Assembly: GCF_006345805.1 (NCBI RefSeq) | Contig: NC_043020.1 | Location: 17,236,001 to 17,300,000 of the forward strand | Direction of reading: 5' to 3' | DNA from: Octopus sinensis | Taxonomy: Eukaryota | DNA: 64,000 nucleotides | Shown here: one piece after another, positions 51,482 to 63,985 of the stretch | Layout: each line of letters starts with the position of its first letter | Numbering within the stretch: the stretch's first letter is position 1 | Program-made: the position numbers and the translations under genes | Notes under the pieces: model-generated | What the model saw: only the letters and a program-made list of their open reading frames with translations | Database searches by the model: none | Told to the model about the DNA's origin: nothing

Positions 51482-54400
51482 ATTGCTACCAAAAGTGTCG
51501 CTCTGTTGTTCTCCCAGACATTCACTCAGATTTGATGTGCTTCGTTGAAGACAGCAAGCATTCAGTATTTCTGTCTGCTTGTGTATGAATTCCTATACTT
51601 TTTCTAGACAAGATAATAAAAAACCCACGCATTTCATACATAAAATTAACCTAGATGTCAAAGCTAAGTTAAGATATTTTTCATGTCTGCTTACAGAAAA
51701 AAAAAAAGTTCCCACTTTTTTTTTTTTTTGCCACGTTTCCACGAATTTTGAGTATATTTAAGAAAACCTCAAAAAATTAATTTGTATTTGCAACTAATCT
51801 CTTATATTTCTAAGATACAACCATTTTGTTTATAATTTGATTAATTATATTAAGTTTGATGTACATACATACATATATGTATATATATAAATATGTGTGT
51901 ATGTATTAATAATTTAAATGTTTTCTATTCATTTCTCGATAATTTCGCCATCTATCTATCTCCCCACTAAATCCCATATGTATATAAGCCACCCTATTTA
52001 AAATTTGAAATTTACTGTAATCCCCTGCCACCTCCACCAATGCTAGGGTTATGATGTATAAACTCTAAACAGTTTCTTCAACTGTAGAATATCTAAAGAT
52101 TCGTCCCCTGCCTTTCCTCCTTTCTTTTTATAACTAACAAAAATAATTTAATTATGAAATCATGCAAAACATTCACCTCTCCGCCAACCCATTCACCCAC
52201 CCTTTTCCAACAGCCTATTTCACTAACAAAATTGTGTGGGTATATGTATGCGTATGTATGTATATATATATCTGTATATATGTATACATGTATGTATATA
52301 TGTATGTATGTATATATTTGTGTATATATATTATATTTGTATGTATATGTGTGTGTGTGTATATATACATGTATCATATTTCTGAGTGTCTGGTGGGTAT
52401 CGCTTCATTCCTTCACCCCCACCCCAACCCCTGAACTAATCAGTGTCTGTCAATCATTGTTAATTAAATTTGCTTTATTTATTCAGTTCTTAAAAACTTG
52501 CAATGCAACAAAAAGAAAAAAAAACACTAAAAAAAAAATAAAAGCAAAGAATTAAGTATCGAGGAAGCTTAGCAACTTGGAATGACTGTCCTCTAAGAGT
52601 GGTAGCAATCAATGAATAGGGACTCAGGGGAATTAATGTAATTGCGTATTGAGAGAAATTAGGTGGGATTGAACCATTGAGATTTATTCCTGGAATTATC
52701 TGCTCAGAAAATTTCAAATTGTATTTAGAATTGGTATAACCATTGTTTGTCAAAAATTATTTCCACTTGTCTTTTTAGAACAGAGATGACTAATAATAAT
52801 AACAATAATAATAATAACATAGTATTATTAGGGACAACTAGGAAACTTAAGAATGTTCTTGGCATTTAGGGTTACTTCTTGTAGTCTGATGTTAGGAATT
52901 TTTTCCAACTGTCTGACCTGTTTAGTGTATATGAAACCAATAAGTATGTAAAGAATTATGAGAAATGCCACTAAGCATTTTTTCAGATGTGGCATCATTT
53001 CTGCCAATTCACCACCTTAATGATGATAATGGAGATAAGGTACTGGGATCGATTCATTTGATTAAAAATTCTTCAAGGCAGTGCTCCAGCATGGCCACAG
53101 TCAAATGATTGAAAGAAGTAAAATGTAAAGATAAGATCAACAAAACAAGTACTCCATCCTGTGAGAAATAACGTTTAATGGACAGAGCGTAAAGACACGA
53201 GCTACTAATAATTTCTTGCTTATGGAGTCATGGGTCTAGCCGGGTTTTTATAACATGCCTTGTAATCTTCAGACAGGCGCAGGCGTGGCTGTGTGGTAAG
53301 AAGCTTGCTTCCCAACCACATGGTTCTGGGTTCAGTTCCACTCCGTGGCAAGTGTCTTCTACTATAGCCTCAGGATGATCAAAGCCTTGAGTGGATTTGG
53401 ATGCCCCTGTAACCTAGCTGTTCAGCAAAAGAGTATGATAAAATAAGTACTAGGTTTGAAAACATGGAGGTCGATTTGTTTGACTAAAAGGTGGTGGTCC
53501 AGCATGGCAGCAGTCACATGACTGAAGCAAGTGAAAGAATATGTTCATGAGACATTGTCTGAACAGTCATCTATATTCTGTTTGAGACTAAGTAGCAATA
53601 CAGTGTCGACTGAGTATTTAGACCACTATTTGTATGGGTATTAGACCACTATTTGTTGCAGTTGTCTCCACCTAGATTTTCAATTTAGATCATCAGCTTC
53701 TTAGAAAAGAAAAAACAGGGGGATAAAATGGTATCTAGTTAGTCCACTGAATTTCAGTTTTAGATTGGTTGCATGTCATTCTTTCCAAGATGTAAAGATA
53801 ATTATAATTATTTCTGTGTTTTGTTTATGTTGCAATGATGTTCACATGAAAAGTATTTTATCCTGTTAGGTCAGCATCCATAAAAATATGTATTAGAATC
53901 GACGGTTTATATATATAGTAGGTCCATTGATTTCTTTTTAATTTTTCTTCAGATCTCAAGTTTTTTTTTTTTTTACTTTTTTAAATATATTTTATTTTAC
54001 GAAAGAAAAATAATCAAAATTTATTTGCCTTTTCACTTTTATTAAAATTTTTTTTTTCTTGTCCTTCCTTCCCCCCCATAAAAGCTATTTTCTAAATCTA
54101 AATTTTCTATAAATATACACAATCTGACCTTATTGCTTTCATGTAGTTCAGATTATTTTTTATTACTACCAAATATATAGAAATCTATTTCTTGAGAGAA
54201 CAAAAGAAAAAAGAAAAGAAAAGAAACAAAAAAAAAACAAGCAAACAAACCTATTTTATACTTCATATGGCAGACAGGAATTATTTTATCTATATTATTA
54301 TTTATGGAGTCCTACCTATGCACATCATAAACTATGATTATGCAATATATATGTATGTATGTATGTGTATATATATGTATATATATAAAATCACTTTGTC

Positions 54401-55971
54401 TCTCATTGTTTGACTGAAGAATAAAGCACCCCGTGTTGTGTTTTCATTTCATTTTATGTATATATATGTATGTATATTTTTGTGTGTCTTTGTTTGTCCC
54501 CACCAACATCGCTTGACAACCGATGCTGGTGTGTTTACGTCCCCGTCACTTAGCGGTTCGGCAAGAGAGACTGATAGAATAAGTACTAGGCTTACAAAGA
54601 ATAAGTCCTGGGGGTCGATTTGCTCGACTAAAGGCGGTGCTCCAGCATGGCCACAGTCAAATGACTGAAACAAATAAAAGAATATATATATGTATGTATG
54701 ATTTGGTCTCATTGTTTGAAGAACAACCCGCCCCACCCTGCCCTAGATTTTGTTTTTACTTCATTGTACAGTCAAAGGTTCAGATATCTTTCAACCGCCA
54801 GCTTTTTATTTTAATTTCTTATAATTTAAGTTATTCAACAACCAATAATTAAAAATAGCAATATTCTGAAAACTAAATATGTCTACATCCGCTCATTTGT
54901 CCTCCTTTCTTTGTGCTACCACATGTAAAAACATGTCAACAGACTCTCAGTAACAAAACTATATGAATGTCCATCAGAATTTTTTTTTTTTTTTTTTTTT
55001 GTTTCTTTTGTAACACTCCAATCTTGTATTGCTTTAAATTGTCTCGTCTGATGTAAATATTGTATTTTGCTGGTTACTACCAGCATTTTTTTTCACACCC
55101 CCCAATCACCACACTACACTTTGTTAGTGTCTTGGCTACCTTCCACTTTCCATCTCATCTCTCGAGTAAACCTCAACACTCTCATCTCTACTGAGTGACT
55201 TACCACTACCATTCTCAACAATGTAAAATCAATCATGTGTTATATGTGTAATATACCTGTTATTTTATAATAAAACTGCAGTCATTTTAACTGGACTTGG
55301 TTTTTCATTTTTGTTTGCTCTATGTAATGACAATTATAAAACTATTCAGTTCAGTCAGCGGTGATTATGGATCTAGCCATAATATTATTATATGACATAC
55401 ATACATATATATATATATATTACACACGCATACCATATAGATATGTATGGGTCTATATGTGTGTGTGTGTGTGTGTATATATACGTCTGCATGTATACAT
55501 GTATATATATATAACTGATTATAAAGAATTTATTTATAAACAAACATTTACCATGCGGGCATGGGTTGGAAGGTTTTTTACCAGAGCTAGCAAGCAGGAG
55601 AGCTGACTAGGGTTCCAGTCTGATTTGGCTTGGTTTCTACAGATGGATGCCCTTCCTAACACCAACCACTTTACAGTGTGCTGGGCAATTTTAAAATAAA
55701 AATCAAACAAAAAAAGAAACAATACATATAATAATAATATTTAATTTGTACATATTGCATTGTAATTGTAAATAATTAATTTATTTGAAATTATGAATAC
55801 ATATATATAAAGACACGTACATATGACATACATATATACACATATATATATATTACATGCATACCATATAGATATGTATGGGTCTGTAAATATATGTGTG
55901 TGTGTATAAATACATATATACGTCTGCATGTATACATATATGTATGTATATATATAACTGATTATAAAGAA

Positions 55972-55977
55972 TTTATT
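55972..55977 (-). promoter_or_regulatory. Candidate DPYD poly(A) signal (AATAAA); duplicate at 55529-55534
   Basis: tttatt on +, about 75 nt past the DPYD stop codon. Confidence 0.45.
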
Positions 55978-56050
55978 TATAAACAATTAAACAAATGATT
56001 TATAAGTGATTAAATTTTAATCATTCTTTGGTTATGTGAATCTGACAAGA

Positions 56051-56184
56051 TCAATACTCTCCAAGTTGGCTGCTGGTGCTGATTTTAAGTGGGAACGGAC
56101 CTCTCTTTGGAGCAAATGGTGTTGTACGTGGTATCATATCAATGCAGTTAATAATGGGACACACAGATGCACAAAGGTTGCAAC
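56051..56184 (-). CDS. DPYD: DPYD terminal coding exon ([29 protein letters not shown]...EY*)
   Basis: ttgcag|GT acceptor in phase 1; second Fe-S motif; TGA at 56053-56051. Confidence 0.95.
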
Positions 56185-59100
56185 CTGCAAGTAAACAAAA
56201 GAATGAAGAAATTGGTTAACTGATCCACCAGATCAAACATCTGAGACCTCCTTTGGTCACGACACAGACCATGGGATTGCACCTAGAAAGTTACCCTCCC
56301 AGGCATAAATCCGGGCAAGGTTGTTTATGGAAGACCAGTAGTCGCCCATGCATACCGGCCTCCCCTCTCCACGCCACCAGTGTTATCCATGGGAAAGGCA
56401 ACGGCCAATACAGCTTGGTACTTGTGACATCGTAACTCATTTCTACAGCTGAGTGAAGTGGAGCAACGTGAAATAAAGTGTCTTGCTCAAGAACACAACA
56501 CACAGCCTGGTCTGGAATTCGAGCTCACAACCTCATGATCGTAAGCTTGACGCTCTAACCACTGAGCCATGCGCCTTCACTAGATCAAACATAAGGAGCA
56601 CATAAAACAGAAATAACATGATTGTCAGGAATGGAGGGGGATCATCATTCTCCTTTCGGGGTCAATAAATTAAGTGCTAATCAAGCACTGGGATAGATGT
56701 GATTGACTTACCTGCTCCCTACAAATTTCAGGCCTTGTGCCTGTAGTAGAAAGGATTATTATCATCATACATCTTGCTTTCCATGCTGGCATGGGTTGGA
56801 CAGAACTGGAAAGCAGGAGAGCTGCACCAGACTCCAATCTGATTTGGCTTGATTTCTATGGTTGGATACCCTTCATAATACCAACCACTCTACAGAGTGT
56901 GGCTGGGTGCTTTTTACATGGCACCAATTTGGTAAATATTTAAAAAAAACCAGCTGGTCTGTCATCCATCCATGTTGGCCGACTTATTCAGATCAATGTA
57001 ACTCTTCCACACCAATGCCCCAATCAAGTGATGAGGCATTAATGTCTGACTTGGCTTTTTAGTCACATTTGGCCTCCGTGCCGGTGGCATGTAAAAAGCA
57101 CCATCCGATTGTGGCCATTTGCCAGCCTCGTCTGGCACCTGTGCAGGTGGCACGTAAAAAGCACCCACTACACTCACGGAGTGGTTGGCGTTAGGAAGGG
57201 CATCCAGCTGTAGAAACACTGCCAAATCAGACTGGGCCTGGCGCAGCCTTCTGGCTCCCCAGACCCCAGTTGAACCATCCAACCCATGCTAGCATGGAAA
57301 GCAGACGTTAAACGATGATGATGGTCTCTCATTAGCTGAAATATCTCATCTACACAACAGTTTGTTGTCTGTTCATCTGCTCAGCATCTCGTGATACTCA
57401 TCACTGAATCAATAAATTCACTTGCTGAAATAGCTTTCATCCACCATACTATGTTCCTATGATTTCAATGTACCTTGATTCAGATAGTTATATGCTACTT
57501 AACCCGTAGCTGAGACCCTAACAGGGCTCTCCAGGCCCAAAAAACCACTGGCATGTCGTCTATCTAGACATCATGTTGAACCATTAATCTCTACACATTT
57601 TTTTCTCTCTTTTTTCTTTTTTTAGTCTCTCTCCATTTTTTTTCCTCTCAATTCCTTCTGTTCAAGAACATAAACTCGAAATGTCAAAGACTTTTCCATT
57701 CTTCCCAAGCATCAAACTAATACGCCCACTCGTTGTTCCCTCACTGGTCTTCATCTTTTGTTTTCCTTAAATTTGAACTATATATAAACTCTATATAACT
57801 ATATATAACTACACTCTTGGAGTGGTTGGCATTACAAAAGGCATCCAGCTGTAAAAACTCTGCCAGATCAAGATTGGAGCCTGGTGCAGCCATCTGGTTC
57901 GCCAGTCCTCAGTCAAATTGTCCAAACCATGCTAGCATGGAAAGCGGATGTTAAACGATGATGATGATGATAACTAAGAAGATGGATATGTATGTCACAT
58001 TTTGGGATTAGACATCAAACCAGTCATATTCACAGAAGAGAGAGACTCAGAACCAAAAAGTTTATGTAGGCACAGGTGTGGCTGTGTGGTAAAAAGCTTG
58101 CCTCTTAACCACATGGTTCTGGGTTCAGTCCTACTGTATAGCAGCATGGGCAAGTGTCTTCCACTATAGCCCCAGGCCAACCAAAGCCTTGAGTGAATTT
58201 GGTAAATGAAAATTGAAAGAAGCCTGCTGTGTATATGTGTGTGTGTGTGTGTGTGGTGTGTGTGTGTGTGACTGTGTGACTTTGTGTCTGTTTGTCCCCC
58301 CCTCACTGCTTGACAACCAGTGTTAGTGTGTTTACATCCCTGTAACTTAGTGGTTTGGCAAAAGAGACTGATAGAATATGTACTAGGCTTAAAAAATATG
58401 TCCTGGGGTTGATTCATTTGACTAAAAACCATTGAAGGCAGTACTCCAGCATGACCAAAACAAGTAAAAGAATATTCCACTTACCTGTACAGTTATCTGT
58501 AACATGAGCTTTGTGAGTCACCGAGTCAAAAGTTATTGCTTGATATCCAGAGTCGTTGCACACCATGTAACACTTTCCACAGTTGATGCACAAATCCTGC
58601 AGGGAGTAGGGGGGAACAGAATTAAAAAAAAATAATATCAATATAATTTAGAAGTGTTAATATTAGAATTTAAAGTTGATGTAATTAACAGATTGTAACA
58701 AATTCCTTATGATGTGAAATATGATAATGTTGGTTTTATATGGACACACTGAGTGAGATGCAGTTTGGTTTTGTACCAGGGCAAAACGCTACTGATGCTT
58801 TCTTCTTAATAAGGCAACTGCAGGAGAATTACTTAGTGAAAAATAAACTGCTGTTCTTTGCATTTGTTGATACAGAGAAAGTCTTTGACAAAGTCCCTTA
58901 CTCGTCTGGCGTCCCATGTGGAAGATAGGGTAGATGAGTGTTGGTGAGAGATGTTCAAGCCATGCACAATGATGTTGTCAGTAAGGTGACAGTCAGCAAA
59001 GAGTATAGTGACGAAGTTAGGGTGCAGGTAAGAGTTCACCAGAAATTACTCCTCAGGCCCCTTTCATTTATCATAGTCCTCCAGGCCATAACAGAGGAAT

Positions 59101-60329
59101 TTAAAACTAGGGATCTTTTCCTTTTGAACGGCACATGACAACAAAATTTCTAGTTAACTAAACACTTTAAAACTTCGTATACTGGTAGAATGTGTCAAAA
59201 TAAAACATTTTTTCCTCTTGGCTTTCTTGAGAAAATTGTAATTCGTTTGTTTAACATAGTTTAATTTTTCGAATTTTAACCAATGAATCGCCTCTATTTA
59301 GCTAAAATCATTTGCTGCATCTAAAACTGAGACAACATCCTGTCACTAACCCTAACCTTCACCCTCACCCTAAATTTTAGCCTTTCGTTTCTTTTTTCTT
59401 AATTGTTAAATTACTTTAATTGTTATGCGTGTGTCTAAATTAATTTAACAATTAAGAAAAAAAAAAATGAAAGGCTAAAATTTAGGGTGAGGGTTAGTGA
59501 CAGGATGTTGTCTCAGTTTTAGACGCAGCAAATGATTTTAGCTCACTAGAGGCGATTCATTGGTTAAAATTCGAAAAATTAAACTACATTAAACAAACGA
59601 ATGACAATTTTCTCAAGAAAGCCAAGAGAAAAAAATGTTTTATTTTGACACATTCTACCAGTATACGAAGTTTAAAAGTGTTTAGTTAACTAGAAATTGT
59701 GTTGACAAGTGCCGTTCAAAAGGAAAAGATCCAAAACTGGTTGCCCGTGGGTGCTCCTCTATACTGATGACCTTGGTCTTATAATTGAATCACTATCAAA
59801 AGTTAGAGAATAAATTCCTGACATGAAATCAAAGAGCCTTAGAATTAATTTTAACAAAGGCCAAAGCAGACAAATTATTAATCTCTTCAGAAATGGCTCT
59901 GTTCAATATGCAGAAAAGGTTTAGGTAGAAATTCCATTTGGTGTAGCCAGTGCAAGATATGGACACATACATGAGGTGGACCAGGGATTTGTGAGATTGA
60001 ATGGGTGGGCGAGTTCAATGCATTGCAAAAGGAGAGCGGGAGCTAGAGGTAGGGTGATGTAATGAGTGGGCACTGGTAGAGGGAGGGGGTATTAGGAGGA
60101 TGAGTTGCGGGGGAAGGGAAGGAATAAATGGGGATATAATTGGGTGCACATAGGTACATGAAAGAAAACAGAGGGGTGGGGGAATAACAACAGTGGTTGT
60201 GGGCATGGTTGGGTTGTAGGTGAGGTATGATCCAGTAATTATTTTTAAGCTTGGTACTTATTTTATCACATGGCTTTCGTCGGCTTTGGGCTAAAGTTGA
60301 AGACACTTGCCTAAGGTTCCAAGCAGTGA

Positions 60330-60370
<41 letters not shown>

Positions 60371-62995
60371 CACTTATGTGAAGGCGCATGGCTCAGTGGT
60401 TAGAGTGTCAAGCTTACGATTATGAGGTTGTGAGCTCGAATTCCGGACCGGGCTACGTGTTGTGTTCTTGAGCAAGACACTTTATTTCACATTGCTCCAA
60501 TTCACTCAGCTGTAGAAATGAGTTGCGATGTTACAGGTGCCAAGCTGTATCGGCCCTTGCCTTTCCCTTGGATAACACTGGTGGCATTGAGAGGGGAGGC
60601 CGGTATGCATGGGAAGACATAAACAACTTTGCCCAGACTTGTGCCTGGGAGAGTAACTTTCTAGGTGCAATCCAATGGTCTGTGTTGTGACCGAAGGGGG
60701 TCTCAGATATAATGCACTTGTAGTGGTGCCACATAGAAGTACTTGTGCCGATAGCACACAGCATCCAGCACACTCTGTAAAGTAGTTAGCATTAAGAAGG
60801 ACACCTAGCCATGAAAATCATGCCAAAGCAGACAACTGGAGCCCGGCCAGCTGGCCAATTTCTGTCAAGCCATCCAACCCATGCTGGCATGGAAAAACTG
60901 ATGTTAAACAATGATGATGACATATACATATACAAGGGGTAGTGAAAAGTTCCTGGCTTTAAGGGCATTGCAAAAGGCCTGGTTGGAGGCTCAACCTTCT
61001 GAGTTCTTTTACAGGGCTTAGAAAAGCTGAAGGACTGCTGCAATAAGGGTGTGAATCTGAGAGGAGAATATATTGAGTAAAATCATAATCAACTGTATTT
61101 TCTTTTACCCAAAGCCAGGAGCTTTTCAGCACCCCTTGTATATATTATAAATAAACACACAGATATATTTACACTTAGGCATACATACACACATAGATAA
61201 ACATGTACACACTCAAACACATTGACACATACATGCAGCAAATAAACGCACACATACACATGCACACACAAATAGTTTCTTAAGGTAAAAAAATGTGTAC
61301 TTACATCATTTATCAAAGCAACGACTTGTTCCTTTCTATCCAGCGAAGTATGATCAGACAGGTGAGGTAGAGCATAACCAATCATCTCCTTTTAAACAAG
61401 AAAACAGTACATTTCAATGAATATTGGGGTGTGTAGCTGATCGCCGATTGGACAAGGTATCTAGATAACAAACCAAGAGATCAGTGGTTCAAATCAGGTC
61501 CTTGGAGTTTGTTCTGTATTTTTGTGTTTTTTTTTTTTTTATATAGCTGTAGTTAGATTTTTGATACTGTTTAATCCCTAGGCATACGTCAATTACATCA
61601 ACCCCAGTGTCCAACAGGTATTTTTTTGACCCCAATAAGATGAAAGGCAAAGTCAGTGTCAGTGGAATTGGAAATCAAAACCTAAAACATGTAAAATCTG
61701 AAGAAATGTTGCAAAGCATTTTGCCCCACATACTAACGATTGTGCCAGCCCACCACCTTATTATTCTTTTTTATTCTAGGCATAAGGCCCGAAATTTTAG
61801 GGGATGGGATCTGTCAATTAGATAGACTCATGTACACAACTGATACTTAATTTATCGACCCCAAAGGGATGAAAGGTAAAGTCGACCTCGGCAGAATTTG
61901 AACTCAGAATGTAAAGCCAGACAAAATACCACTAAACATTTTGCCCGGCATGCTAATGTTTCTGCCAGCTTGCCTAGTAGTAGTATTAGTAGTAGCAGCA
62001 GTAGAAGTGATTTCAAATTTTGGCCCAAGACCAGTAATTTTCAGGGACAGGTTAAGTTGATTACATTTACCCCAGAGCATAACTGGTACTCATTTTATCA
62101 ACTCTGAAAAGATGAAATGCAAAGTCAACCTCAGTAGGATTTGAACTCAGAACATGAAGACGGATGAAGCATTTTCCCCAGTGTGCTAACAATTCTGTCA
62201 GCTTGCCATCTTAATAATAATAGCCCTGATGCAATACCAGACAGTGGCTCTCGTGGCTTCTGATCTTAACTGATTGGAAGTGTTATCATGTACATTGTTT
62301 TGTCTTGGTATAAAAAATGAGCCACAGCAAATATTCTGCTCAATACCACAGATCTGCTTGTCAGTTGTTTGACCATAACAAGTTGAGCATGTCCCTTGGT
62401 GGCTGACAATATGTGCATCTCTGATCATGAGCTGAAGTAGTGGGGGAGCATCACAGCCATGTATTGAGAGGAATTCTTTAGAGCTGGAATAATTCACCCC
62501 TGGAAACATGGTTGTTTCATTCAACATCCTTAAACAACTCTTATGCAGGGACCTCTTGAGCGGGATGGGCTACTCGAACTGAAGAAAATTGTAAGTGGGC
62601 CCCACCTGCAAGGTCATGCACTGCTTATCTTGATATGAAATCACCATGTTGTGCACATATGATTGTGATGCATGTGCCAGGTGTACCCTTATCAGACAGG
62701 TAACCATAATGGGTATATTGGGCTTTGTACAATTGCATTCCAGTGACACTTTGATGGCATGCACTGCTCTCTCACTCAGTAATGGTAATAACAAACCTTT
62801 CTCCTATAGGCACAACGCTCAAGGAACTGGGGAGCAGTTGATTACATCAACTCAGCTGGTATTTATTTTATCGACCCCGAAAGGATGAAACGCAAAGTCG
62901 ACCTAGGCAGAATTTGAACTCAGAACATAAAGACAGACGAAATGCTGCTAAGCATTTTGCCCAGTGTGCTAACGATTTTGTCAGGTTGCTGCCTC

Positions 62996-63030
<35 letters not shown>

Positions 63031-63985
63031 TAATCCTTTCTGCCATAGGTCCAAGACCTGAAATTTGTAGGGAGGGGACTAGTTAATTACATCAAGTCCA
63101 GTGTTTCACTGGTACTTAAATTATCAACCCCAAAAGGATGAAAGGCAAGTCGACCTTAGCAGAATTTGAACTCAAAACGGAGCAACAGGTGAAATACTGC
63201 TAAACATTTCATCCAGCGTGCTGATTCTGCCAGCTCACCACCTTAATTATAATGATGATGATGATGATTTCAAATGTTGCCACAAGGCCAGCAATTTCAG
63301 GAAAGCAGGTAAGTTGATTACATTGACCTCAGTGCTCAACTAGTACTTATTTTATTGATCCTGAAAAGATGAAAAGCAAAGCTGACCTCCATCTTCAGAA
63401 CATAAAGATGGATAAAACGCCACTAAGCAATTTGCCTGGTCAGCTAATAATTCAGCCAGCTCACCATAATAGTAATAATTACAGTAGCAATAATGCTAAT
63501 TAAATTTTGGCGTTAGGAAGGGCATCCAGCTGTAGAAACATTGCCAGATAAGACCGGAGCCTGGTGCAGCCTTCTGGCTTCCCAGATCCCCGGTCGAACC
63601 GTCCAACCCATGCTAGCATGGAGAACGGACGTTAAACAATGATGATGATGATGATGATGATGAAATTGGTGGGTGGTGGAATGTAATTAACTTTGGTTCA
63701 CAATTGAAATATTATTTTGTCAAACCCAATGAGAAGAAAAGAGAAGATGATATTGGTAAAGTTTGAACTCTGGAATGAAAATAATTTTTGTTAAAGAACA
63801 GAAACAAGAGAAGATGATAAAGATTCTTTAGCACCAACCTGAGCTCCTTGTACAGAAGAAGATGGAATGTTGGGTGGTCGAATTTTAGGCGGTTCATTCT
63901 TAGGTGAAAGTAGATCGATATCTTTGTAGTATTCCACCAGTTTTCTCTTTCTTTCTATTAGGTAATTGCCAAATGATGGTAATTC
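56051..63985 (-). CDS. DPYD: Dihydropyrimidine dehydrogenase [NADP+], last four coding exons (C-terminal 2x[4Fe-4S] domain)
   Basis: Spliced: ELPSFGNYL...EMIGYAL...[33 protein letters not shown]...[23 protein letters not shown]. This matches [45 protein letters not shown] and CTGCTLCLSVCPI. Confidence 0.96.
57075..57325 (+). mobile_element. RTE-type LINE/SINE 3' tail ending in (GAT)n. Other copies: 90-480 -, 8170-8360 +, 11800-12030 -, 34520-34710 +, 55545-55690 -, 56760-56930 -, 57815-57970 +, 60760-60920 +, 63505-63665 +
   Basis: Shared ggaagggcatccagctgtagaaac...ccaacccatgctagcatggaaa..gacgttaaacgatgatgat. Confidence 0.8.
58485..58596 (-). CDS. DPYD: DPYD exon ([38 protein letters not shown])
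   Basis: ccctgcag|GAT acceptor, AG|gtaagt donor; CxxCxxCxxxC ferredoxin motif. Confidence 0.96.
58730..60330 (+). mobile_element. RTE-clade LINE relic (RT fragment plus 3' region) in a DPYD intron, split by a MITE
   Basis: [23 protein letters not shown]...[17 protein letters not shown]...[19 protein letters not shown]|[12 protein letters not shown] (YADD-like motif). Confidence 0.85.
59111..59732. mobile_element. Fold-back MITE with about 290-bp inverted arms and an 8-bp TSD
   Basis: GGATCTTTTCCTTTTGAACGGCAC ... GTGCCGTTCAAAAGGAAAAGATCC; flanks aaaactag/aaaactgg. Confidence 0.88.
60931..61140. mobile_element. Mariner-derived MITE
   Basis: TA|caaggggtagtgaaaagttcctggcttt ... aaagccaggagcttttcagcaccccttg|TA; the interior resembles a transposase C-terminus ([10 protein letters not shown]). 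Confidence 0.8.
61305..61388 (-). CDS. DPYD: DPYD exon ([28 protein letters not shown])
   Basis: aaag|GAG acceptor, GAT|gtaagt donor, 84 nt. Confidence 0.9.
61585..63465 (-). mobile_element. Cluster of about 6 SINE family C copies (ggcggtgagctggcagaatc head) separated by trinucleotide tails, plus one copy of another SINE at 62216-62640
   Basis: Repeated aaaggatgaaaggcaaagtcgacct..gaatttgaactcagaac body; other copies at 23605-23830, 25900-26130, 27060-28060 and 48690-48860. Confidence 0.85.
63839..63985 (-). CDS. DPYD: DPYD exon ([15 protein letters not shown]...SSSVQGAQ)
   Basis: Minus strand: ttgcaaaag|GAA acceptor, CAG|gttggt donor, 147 nt, phase 0-0. The acceptor is close to the window edge. 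Confidence 0.8.

Noticed and set aside
52490-52753. 87-aa minus-strand ORF in unique sequence
   Set aside because: No recognisable homology or convincing splice context; lies in the presumed UTR/intergenic region.
60040-60215. G-rich tract with G-quadruplex potential
   Set aside because: Irregular G runs within the RTE relic; no independent evidence of function.
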